From IMG/VR virus record IMGVR_UViG_3300028883_000007, positions 1 to 64,000 of that record: a stretch of 64,000 bases of DNA; one strand, given 5' to 3'. The notes beneath the pieces are model-generated. The model was not told the DNA's origin. It did no database searches and saw only the letters and a list, made by a program, of their open reading frames with translations. The stretch's first letter is position 1. Each line of letters begins with the position of its first letter. The translations under genes and the position numbers were made by a program. Source of the stretch: a virus. Positions 41,225 through 49,500 of this stretch are shown here, in pieces.

Positions 41225-41869
41225 ATGAAAAAAGCCGATGTAACTGTAAAAATGCTCAAGGCCATTGCAGAGGATTTGAACGACGTAATGGGGTTCGACA
41301 GCAACCCCATTCCAACCACTGGCAAACGGGCCGAAATTATCAAGGAGGTTTTGGATGCCGCCATCGATATTGAGCAGGCGGACATTGACGGAGAAAAACC
41401 CCTGAAGGCCGACACCATTAAACATCTCAAGGTTCTGGGCTGGGAAGGCCCCAAAGATGCCGAAGAGGAAACCGAAGAAGAACCGGCCGAAGAAACCGCC
41501 GAAGAAGAAACCGCCGAAGAAGAAACCGCCGAAGAAGAAACCGCTGAAGAGCCCACCAAAAAGGAAACTGCCAAGGGCAAGGGCAAAGGCAAAGGCAAGG
41601 GCAAAGCAAAGGGCAAAACCAAGCCCAAAGGCCAAGCCCCAAAAAAGGCTTCTGAAAAGGGTCCCGGCATCATCGCCTCCATCCTGGAGTTCGTCACCGA
41701 GCATGGCCCCATTACCAAGGAGGACATTGTCAAAAGGCTGGAAAAAAGGTTTCCTGATCGGGATACCGTCGCAATGGGTAAAACTGTGCAATGTCAGCTT
41801 CCCAAACGCATGAGCAAGGAAAAGAAAGTAAACATCGTTAAAACCGACGAAGGGTTTGAAATCCAGTAA
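41225..41869 (+). CDS. Highly charged repeat protein with a wHTH-like C-terminal domain (possible DNA-binding/nucleoid-associated protein)
   Basis: It contains (ETAEE)x4, then KGKGKGKGKGKAKGKTKPKG, then GIIASILEFVTEHGPITKEDIVKRLEKRF. It has its own promoter-like element and a strong terminator. Confidence 0.6.
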   Translation: MKKADVTVKMLKAIAEDLNDVMGFDSNPIPTTGKRAEIIKEVLDAAIDIEQADIDGEKPLKADTIKHLKVLGWEGPKDAEEETEEEPAEETAEEETAEEETAEEETAEEPTKKETAKGKGKGKGKGKAKGKTKPKGQAPKKASEKGPGIIASILEFVTEHGPITKEDIVKRLEKRFPDRDTVAMGKTVQCQLPKRMSKEKKVNIVKTDEGFEIQ

Positions 41870-41888
41870 ATAACAGCATCATATGTTC

Positions 41889-41924
41889 GCCCCCCGGGAT
41901 TAATTTCTCGGGGGGCTTTTTTTT
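41889..41924 (+). terminator. Rho-independent terminator
   Basis: GCCCCCCG-ggattaatttct-CGGGGGGC, followed by T8. Confidence 0.85.
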
Positions 41925-41954
41925 GTGCCTTTAACATATCAAAAAAGGAGTATT

Positions 41955-42635
41955 ATGAAAGCAATCGTTTTATTTTCAGGGGGACAAGATTCAACAACTT
42001 GCCTTTACTGGGCCTTAAATGAATTTAAAGAAGTACTGGCTCTTAATATTCAATATGGCCAAAAACATCAGGCCGAAATTAATGCGGCTTATGCTATTAG
42101 CAAATTGACAGGAGTTCAATTAATACCCATGGATCTCTCCCGCATTTTTTCTTTAATTGGAAACTCTGCCCTGACTGACAAAAGTACTCCCTTTTCAGAT
42201 GTCTCTATGCCGCATCCAAAAAACCACGATCTTCCTGCCTCTTTTGTTCCAGGCCGTAATTTAATTTTCATTACTGTTGCTTGCATGGTAGCTTATAAAC
42301 ATGATGCAAACCATGTTATAACTGGGGTATCCCAAGCGGATTACTCCGGTTATCCTGATTGCAGAAAGAGCACTATTGCTGCTTTGTCTGTAGCTGTTGA
42401 AATGGGTATGGAAAAAGCTTTTCACATACATACTCCCTTAATCAACGTAACCAAAAAAGAGGAGGTTTTGTGGGCCAAAACAATTCCCGGTTGTATGGAG
42501 GGTCTTGCCTTTTCCCATACCTGTTACAATGGGCAAATTCCCCCTTGTGGTGAATGTCCTGCCTGCAAATTAAGAGCAAAGGGGTTTGCCGAAGCCCAAA
42601 CCATTGACCCTCTTATTGAAAGGTTAAACAAATGA
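41955..42635 (+). CDS. queC: 7-cyano-7-deazaguanine (preQ0) synthase
   Basis: [17 protein letters not shown] is the PP-loop. The C-terminal Zn cysteines are [18 protein letters not shown]. The start is set at the ATG after AAAAGGAG; the ORF track uses an upstream GTG. Confidence 0.9.
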   Translation: MKAIVLFSGGQDSTTCLYWALNEFKEVLALNIQYGQKHQAEINAAYAISKLTGVQLIPMDLSRIFSLIGNSALTDKSTPFSDVSMPHPKNHDLPASFVPGRNLIFITVACMVAYKHDANHVITGVSQADYSGYPDCRKSTIAALSVAVEMGMEKAFHIHTPLINVTKKEEVLWAKTIPGCMEGLAFSHTCYNGQIPPCGECPACKLRAKGFAEAQTIDPLIERLNK

Positions 42636-43540
42636 AATACTATGGAGTAAATGAGTTTAACACCGACGTCAAAATCCTATACCGCCAGATTAAAGCATCT
42701 GACAAAAAATACTATGGAATTTATCCAATCCCAAGAGGAGGAATTCCGCTGGGAGTCTCCCTTTCCCATATGTTAAATGAGCCAATATTATCCAAGCCTA
42801 ACCCCCAATGCTTGGTTGTAGACGATATTATTGATAGCGGCAAAACAATTGCTCCTTACCAAGCATATTATGATACGGCTGTTATCCATGTATCGCCAAA
42901 CAACAAAGCTAACACTCCCACTTTTTTCGCTGCAAAAAAAGATCCTAAGGTTTGGATAGAATACTGGTGGGAGAAAAACGAAGCCCCAGTGGAAGATTCT
43001 GTTATCCGACTATTGCAATACTTGGGGGAAGACCCCAAGCGACCCGGATTGAAAGATACCCCTAAACGCTTTGTTAAGGCTTGGAATCATATGTTTGGTG
43101 GCTACCAGCAAAATCCTAAAGATGTAATAACTGTTTTTAACAACAACGAGGATGGGATAGGCAAATATGACCAAATGGTTCTCCTGAAAGATATCGAAAT
43201 ATACTCCACTTGTGAGCATCACATTTTGCCGTTTATAGGCAAAGCCCACATTGCTTATATCCCGGGGGAAAAAATCTTGGGCATCTCCAAGCTTGCCCGT
43301 ATTGCGGATATCTATGCCAAAAGGCTTCAGATACAGGAGAGGTTAACTGACCAGATTACAGCCTGTATTGAAGACCTTATACATCCTCTCGGGGTTGCTT
43401 GTGTTGTTGAAGCGTTTCATTTGTGCATGCGAATGAGAGGGGTACAAAAGCAAAACAGTATGATGGTTACTTCGTCTTTAAAAGGTGTTTTCAAAACAGA
43501 TGCCAGTGCTCGCAAGGAGTTTATGGATTTGATTAAATGA
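42632..43540 (+). CDS. folE: Phosphoribosyltransferase-domain / GTP cyclohydrolase I fusion protein
   Basis: N-terminal about 120 aa: [13 protein letters not shown]...[14 protein letters not shown], the type I PRTase PRPP loop. C-terminal region: [10 protein letters not shown]...[19 protein letters not shown]...ISKLARI...[12 protein letters not shown], which is FolE. Confidence 0.8.
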   Translation: MKYYGVNEFNTDVKILYRQIKASDKKYYGIYPIPRGGIPLGVSLSHMLNEPILSKPNPQCLVVDDIIDSGKTIAPYQAYYDTAVIHVSPNNKANTPTFFAAKKDPKVWIEYWWEKNEAPVEDSVIRLLQYLGEDPKRPGLKDTPKRFVKAWNHMFGGYQQNPKDVITVFNNNEDGIGKYDQMVLLKDIEIYSTCEHHILPFIGKAHIAYIPGEKILGISKLARIADIYAKRLQIQERLTDQITACIEDLIHPLGVACVVEAFHLCMRMRGVQKQNSMMVTSSLKGVFKTDASARKEFMDLIK

Positions 43541-43573
43541 AAGAGCATTTGGCCGAACTCAATACCACTCTTA

Positions 43574-43651
43574 ATTGCCCGGTAAATTGCCCGTATTTAA
43601 ATATTTATCTTGATACGGGTAATTGCTCCTGTTCTTTAGGTTTACGGGTAT
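43574..43651 (+). promoter_or_regulatory. Four ATTGCCCG / CGGGTAAT half-sites (operator-like array or hairpin) upstream of the transporter gene
   Basis: ATTGCCCGG (43574), ATTGCCCGT (43586), ACGGGTAAT (43615) and ACGGGTAT (43644). The middle pair can form a 10-bp hairpin, TTGCCCGTAT/ATACGGGTAA. Confidence 0.4.
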
Positions 43652-43690
43652 CATCCCCAACCAATCTATATAATTATCTGGAGGAAAAAA

Positions 43691-44167
43691 ATGAAGAATA
43701 AATATTTTTGGCCTGTACTGTATTTGCTCAGTATACTCCTTGGAAACCTGTTTGTTATTTGGTTTGGCATTGTAAAAGTACTGGGCCTTGTTTTCCCTGC
43801 CGGAGTCATTTTTATTGGCCTTACCTTTTCTTTTCGGGATTACGTTCAGCGCACTTGGGGAGACTGGGCTTGCTGGGTTTGGATGCTCCTTGCAACCATT
43901 ATAACCTTTTTCCTAAATCAACAAGTTGCCTTTGCCTCTGTTTGTGCTTTCCTTATTTCTGAAGGAGTAGACTGGTTTAGTTTTAAAGTTTTGAAAATGC
44001 CATTTAAAAAGCGGATATATATTTCCAATTTGTTTTCCTGTCCGCTTGACTCCTTGATTTTTGTAACCATCGCCTTTGGCTTTTACTGGCCTGCCATATG
44101 GGGGCAAGCGGTCATTAAATACGCTTCGGGCCTTTTGGTTTTACCCTTTATAAAGGATAAAAAATGA
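43691..44167 (+). CDS. yhhQ: Queuosine-precursor transporter (YhhQ / VUT / DUF165 family)
   Basis: Polytopic membrane protein. VFPAGVIFIGLTFSFRDYVQRTWG matches the YhhQ signature. Confidence 0.7.
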   Translation: MKNKYFWPVLYLLSILLGNLFVIWFGIVKVLGLVFPAGVIFIGLTFSFRDYVQRTWGDWACWVWMLLATIITFFLNQQVAFASVCAFLISEGVDWFSFKVLKMPFKKRIYISNLFSCPLDSLIFVTIAFGFYWPAIWGQAVIKYASGLLVLPFIKDKK

Positions 44168-45093
44168 AAACATATTATGCCGGACAACTTGGCTGGACAA
44201 GTGAAGAGGAAACCGTTTTTAAAAAGGGGCAAGAACGGCTTTTCTCCTATCACTTAATTAATGCTGGGAAAGATAAATGTTTTCAAACGGTCATTCAACT
44301 CATAAAGGATAATCCAGAAAAAAATCTTTCTTTGTTCCTGGACTCCGGGGCTTTTTCGGCATGGTCCAAAGGCATTGAAATTAATATCCAGGAGTATATT
44401 GATTTCATTAAAACCTATCAGGAGCAAATTAAAGTTTATGCTGTATTGGATAGCATAGGTGATCCGGAGAAAACCTTACGCAACCAAATAATTATGGAAG
44501 AAGCTGGCCTTGACCCCTTGCCCTGTTACCATTACGGGGAACCCCTTGAGTACCTGGAGAATTATGTTAAGGAGTATGATTATTTGGCTTTGGGAGGCAT
44601 GGTCCCCATTTCCAAAAAAGACCTCCAGTTGTGGTTGGATATGATTTTTGCGGATTACATTTGTGATGAAAATGGCATGCCCAAAACAAGAGTTCATGGT
44701 TTTGGAATGACCATTTTTAAACTGATAAGGAGATATCCTTGGTACTCCGTTGACTCTACTTCTTGGATTATGACCAGCCGGATGGGAGGGCTTTTTGTTC
44801 CCCAATTCAAAAACGATGATTGGGCATACATTTTGGACCCTATTAAAATAAATATGTCACATAGAAGCCCCAAAAAAGAGAACAATGGCCAGCATTATGA
44901 CACCTTAAACCCCAGTATTCAAAAGCTATATTTGAAGTATTTTATCGAAAAGGGTTTTACTCTGCAAGAACTGCAAGAAAAATATGTACAGAGAGATTTA
45001 TTAAACCTGGAATATTTCCATGGTTTCCAAAGTTGCCAACCAAAATATCCTTGGCCCTTTGCCTGTAAAGGCTTAAGGGGCCTTTGTTTATAA
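44164..45093 (+). CDS. dpdA: DpdA-like DNA (7-deazaguanine) transglycosylase, TGT superfamily
   Basis: LFLDSGAFSAW...YAVLDSIGD...LALGGMVPI...HGFGMT fits phage DpdA-type TIM-barrel transglycosylases. It is co-located with queCDE and folE. Confidence 0.65.
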   Translation: MKTYYAGQLGWTSEEETVFKKGQERLFSYHLINAGKDKCFQTVIQLIKDNPEKNLSLFLDSGAFSAWSKGIEINIQEYIDFIKTYQEQIKVYAVLDSIGDPEKTLRNQIIMEEAGLDPLPCYHYGEPLEYLENYVKEYDYLALGGMVPISKKDLQLWLDMIFADYICDENGMPKTRVHGFGMTIFKLIRRYPWYSVDSTSWIMTSRMGGLFVPQFKNDDWAYILDPIKINMSHRSPKKENNGQHYDTLNPSIQKLYLKYFIEKGFTLQELQEKYVQRDLLNLEYFHGFQSCQPKYPWPFACKGLRGLCL

Positions 45094-45114
45094 ACCAATA
45101 CAAGGAGAAAAAAC

Positions 45115-46185
45115 ATGGCCAAAAGAACCAGAACGAGAACAAGAACGACGGCCCCAAAAAACCCGGAAATATCGGGTGGCATTGACCGAAAAAAGTTTTT
45201 GGGAGTATTGGCGAAAGTGATGCCCGGGATTGCAGATAAAGCTGTCCTGGAGCAATCTACCCACTTCATTTTTGATGAAGACAGAATATGGAGTTACAAC
45301 GATGAAGTCTCCATCAGCCACAAATTTAAAACAGGAGTTAAGGGAGCCTTGGTTGCCAAAAAGCTTTTCAAGCTTTGTAGCAAACTGGAGGAAGATAACA
45401 TTGAAATCAACCAAACTACTTCTGGGGTTGTTATCCGGGGAGAATCTTTCGAAACAAGTTTGGCAATGGATGCTGAAATCAAATTAAAAAAAATAACAGT
45501 ACCCGGGACCAATTCCAAAAAATGGATAAAACTACCCAGCGATTTTATTGACGGAGTAAACCTTTGTTTTTTCTCCGCCAGCACAAACATGGTAAAACCT
45601 GAATTGACCTGTTTGTTTGTTACAGGGGATAATATTTATTCGACGGATACATATCGTGGCACCAAATACATCATGGAAGAAGAGTTTGACGGGGCCTTTA
45701 TTATTCCCGCCAGAATTGCCACCAAGTTGAAAAATTACAACCCTGTTAAAGTTTTGGAGGAGAACAATTGGTTGCACTTTATTAATAATGAAGGCACTGT
45801 TTTCTCCTGTAGAACTTACGACGCTGTCTATCCGGCAGACCTTGTTAAACGGGCTTTCAACACTGAGGGGGAAAAAATAACCCTCCCGGAAAGTTTTGCC
45901 AAAGTGGTTGAACGGGCCTCCATCCTTGTCTCCGAAGATTTTGCTTTGGATAGGATGGTAACAATTTCTGTTTCTTCTGGAGAAATTGTGTGCTCTGGTA
46001 AAGGAATCGATGGCTGGTACAGAGAGAAAAAAGAAATCGATTATGTTGGTAAAGAAATTGACGTTAAAGCCCAGCCAGAATTCCTTAACCAAATACTCCA
46101 CCAGCTAAACGACGTGACCATCGGCAAGGCTCAACTCCTTTTTGAAGGGGATAAGTTCGAACATTTTATGCGACTTTCAGGATAA
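45115..46185 (+). CDS. DNA polymerase sliding clamp (beta-clamp-like)
   Basis: 356 aa. The three-fold internal pattern and length fit DnaN-like clamps, and it is adjacent to dnaE and the clamp loader. The N-terminus carries a KRTRTRTRT tag. Confidence 0.55.
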   Translation: MAKRTRTRTRTTAPKNPEISGGIDRKKFLGVLAKVMPGIADKAVLEQSTHFIFDEDRIWSYNDEVSISHKFKTGVKGALVAKKLFKLCSKLEEDNIEINQTTSGVVIRGESFETSLAMDAEIKLKKITVPGTNSKKWIKLPSDFIDGVNLCFFSASTNMVKPELTCLFVTGDNIYSTDTYRGTKYIMEEEFDGAFIIPARIATKLKNYNPVKVLEENNWLHFINNEGTVFSCRTYDAVYPADLVKRAFNTEGEKITLPESFAKVVERASILVSEDFALDRMVTISVSSGEIVCSGKGIDGWYREKKEIDYVGKEIDVKAQPEFLNQILHQLNDVTIGKAQLLFEGDKFEHFMRLSG

Positions 46186-46186
46186 G

Positions 46187-46257
46187 GCTTACCCAACAGA
46201 CCTCCAAAAAAAACCCCTGCCGCCCTGTTGGGTAGCTTCATTCTGCTGGCGGCAGGG
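46187..46257 (+). ncRNA. Interleaved double helix (H-type pseudoknot topology, or two competing hairpins)
   Basis: Stem A: 46190-46199 TACCCAACAG with 46225-46234 CTGTTGGGTA, plus GC/GC with one bulge. Stem B: 46215-46224 CCCTGCCGCC with 46248-46257 GGCGGCAGGG. The order is A5'-B5'-A3'-B3'. Confidence 0.45.
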
Positions 46258-46277
46258 CCTTAAATAAAGGAGGAAAG

Positions 46278-46541
46278 ATGAAAAGACAAAAATGCATAAT
46301 CAAAAATAAATCTCAATTAATTACTGCTGTTGGATGCGCAATGGATTTTTTTGGAGAAACTGAAATAATTTTAAATAGAAAATCTGGAACAACAAAAATA
46401 GTTTTAAAACCAAGCGAAAGAATAAGATTGGTTTATGATAACAATGATTATCAAAATTTATTAAATATGGAGTTATTTAATAAAGAACTTGGGAAAATGA
46501 GAACCCGAATAAGAAAAACGCCTGCCGAATGCTTTAGATAA
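46278..46541 (+). CDS. Hypothetical protein
   Basis: 87-aa ORF with an RBS (AAAGGAGGAAAG). Confidence 0.5.
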   Translation: MKRQKCIIKNKSQLITAVGCAMDFFGETEIILNRKSGTTKIVLKPSERIRLVYDNNDYQNLLNMELFNKELGKMRTRIRKTPAECFR

Positions 46542-46551
46542 AGGAGATAAA

Positions 46552-49500
46552 ATGTCTTTTTGTCATTTGCATAACCATACTGAATATAGCCAATTAGATG
46601 GAGTAGGTACTCCTCAAAACTATGCAAAAAAAGCTGCCGAATTGGGCTTTAAATATTTGGCGATGACAGACCATGGAAACGTAGATGGAGCAATTCAATT
46701 TCAAAAGGCTTGTAAAGAGAATAATATAAAGTCGATTATTGGTTGTGAAATGTATATTGTGCCATTTATGGGGGCCAAAAACAAAGGAGAACAGCGAGGC
46801 CATATAACGGTATTGGTTAAAAATGAAAGTGGCTGGGAATCGCTTCTCCGCTTGCTTACAAGGGCAAATTTAGAAGGTTATTACTACCGACCCCGGATAG
46901 ATTATGACTCTGTTTTAGAATCTGATCTCTCCGGTTTAATTTTTATGACTGCCTGTGCTGGTTCTTTTCTCCGGTTAGAGGGTGGGGTGGATTTTTTATT
47001 AAACCTAATCCGCAAAAAAGCAGAGTGTTATTTAGAAATAATGCCTCATAATATCTCCGCCCAAAAAAAACAACATGATTTATTGAACAACATATTAGAT
47101 AAATTTTACAATGAAGAAATAGAACCAAAATTCGTGGCAACCAATGATTGTCATTATGTAAATCGGGGAGATTGGAAAGCTCAAGAAATACTCCTTGCCA
47201 TTAACCGTAAAGCCAAATGGGATGACCCTGACCGTTTTAAATTTGGCTTTAAGGGGTTGCACCTCCGAACTGAAACGGAGATGATAAAAGCTTTTGAAAA
47301 ACAAAACTATTGGGATGATGAAACTATTGAAGAGGCAATGGGAAATACTCTTGTTATTGCAAAACAATGTTGTGATTTTGTTATCCCCAAACAAGATATT
47401 TCCTTGCCTGTACCAAGTTATTTTTCTTCTCGTTTTGGAGAAGTATTTGATGACGATACTGTTTTAGAAAACCTCCTTCAAAACAGCCCCCATGTTCATT
47501 TACTTGTTAAAAAAGAGTATACTGAAAGATATAACTACGAATTTGAAATTATATCTAAAAAAGGGTTCTCCCGTTATTTTCTTATCGTTGTTGATTTAAT
47601 TCAGTGGTGCTCCGAAAATGATGTGCCTGTTGGTCCCGGGAGAGGTAGTGTAGGCGGCTCTTTACTGGCTTATTTATTGGGTATTACAGAAACAGACCCT
47701 ATAAAATACGGCCTTTATTTCTCCCGGTTTATTTCAGAGGATAGACTTGACTACCCTGATATTGATATAGACTTTGCGGATAACAAGCGCCATCTTGTGA
47801 TAGAGTATTTAGAAAACACCTATGGCAAATACAATACTGCCGGGATTTCTACTTTTCTCCGTATGAAAGATAGAGGCATCATTCATGACATTGGTAGAGT
47901 ATTTGAAGTGCCTTACCCCGAGGTTGACCAGTTTGCAAAAAGCATTGTCCCTTTTGATGAAAATATGGATACCTTAGAAAAGGTTGCAGAATCAGAAGAG
48001 GGGAGTGAATTTGTAAAAAAATATCCAGAAGTTATCCGCCAAGCTAAAAAACTCAAAGGCCAAATCCGGGGAGCTGGCCAGCATGCCGCAGCAGTGGTTA
48101 TTTCTAAGGAGGATTTACGAGAAACAAATCGTTGTAACCTTTGTATGCGGTCTAACCGAATCATGGCGAATTGGAGTATGTCGGATAGTGAATATTGTGG
48201 TTTAATGAAACTTGATATCCTTGGGCTTAATACTCTATCTGTCCTCGCACAATGCCAAAAATTAATTAACTCCCCCGATTTAAAACTCAGTGCAATTCCT
48301 CTAAATGACAACGATGTTTTTAAAATGCTTTCCAAAGGTGATACAGCCGGAGTATTTCAATTATCCGCTGTCCCTTCAACAAAATTATGTAAAGAAATGC
48401 AGGTACATGATTTTCTGGATATCCCTGCTATCCTGGCCCTTGTAAGGCCTGGACCCTTTTACTCTGGTATGACCGAACTGTATGTTAAGCGCAAGCATGG
48501 AGAAGACTGGGAACCAGACCACCCCATATATGAAGAGATAACAAAAGACACTTATGGCCTCCTTGTTTACCAAGAACAGGTTATGGCTGTCATCTCTAAA
48601 CTGGCGGGATTGCCAGAATCTACCGCAGATAAAATTCGGAAAATTATCGGTAAGAAAAGAGACCCGGAGGAATTTGAAAAATATAAAGAGATGTTTGTAA
48701 AGGGTTGTTTAGAACAAAAAACCTTTTCTGAAAAAAGAGCAATTGAGTTTTGGGAGGGGTTGTTACAGTGGGCCAGTTATGGATTTAACAAGGCCCATGC
48801 TACTGAATACGGCCTTATCTCTTATTGGACAGCATACCTTAAGTATCATTGGCCTGCCCAGTTTATGGCAGCTGAACTGACCTATGGTACTGGAAAAGAA
48901 GACGTCGCCAAAGAAGCCCAAAAAAGAGACATTAAAATCATTCCACCCAAAATAGGGATTTCGCATGCCCTTGAATGGAGAGTAGAAAACAATACTTTGT
49001 TTGCTCCCTTTGTAGAAACCAAAGGGATTGGAGAAAAACAAGCTTTTACTTGCCTGCCCAAAAAAGCGAAGTTATCCAGTTTCTTTGATGATGGGAGGGG
49101 AGAAATCAATGTCACAACTTCAATCGCAAAAATTTTAAACAATATTTGCGCACACGATAAAGACGTTATCCCAGACCAAGAAATTTTACAAGAGTATTTT
49201 GCTGAAGGGTTGTTTACTTTATCTGAAGAGGATAATGATTCAGATGATAGCATGCCTACTCTCCGACGGTTTAACAGGCCAGCAAAGAAAAATTGCCCAG
49301 AGTCTCCTTGGGTAGAAAGAAAAAGAGCAAAATTTGATTTCACAGATTGTACCGCCTGTCAGTTTTATAAAGAGGGCAATGGCCCCATAAACCCCTGCCC
49401 CGGGATTTTAAATGCAGCAATAATAGGTGAGGCCCCCGGTAAAAAAGAGGATTCAACAGGCAAGCTTTTTGTGGGGCCAACAGGAGATTTAATTTGGTCA

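Noticed and set aside
41147-41813. Three alternative ORFs (two minus-strand, one plus-strand frame) across the charged-repeat gene, encoding poly-FFGG, SSAVSS or PPKKK proteins.
   Set aside because: They are reading-frame shadows of the (gaagaaaccgcc)n and (ggcaaa)n repeats. Only the 41225..41869 frame has an RBS, non-repeat terminal domains and a terminator.
43541-43690. A preQ1 riboswitch upstream of the YhhQ-like transporter.
   Set aside because: It is expected from context, but I cannot find the preQ1-I/II consensus (short P1 plus an A-rich tail pairing to the loop). Only generic hairpins and repeated half-sites are visible. It needs a covariance-model scan.
45532-46101. 189-aa minus-strand ORF inside the clamp gene.
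   Set aside because: It is antisense to a gene with an RBS and a coherent operon context. It has no start context of its own.
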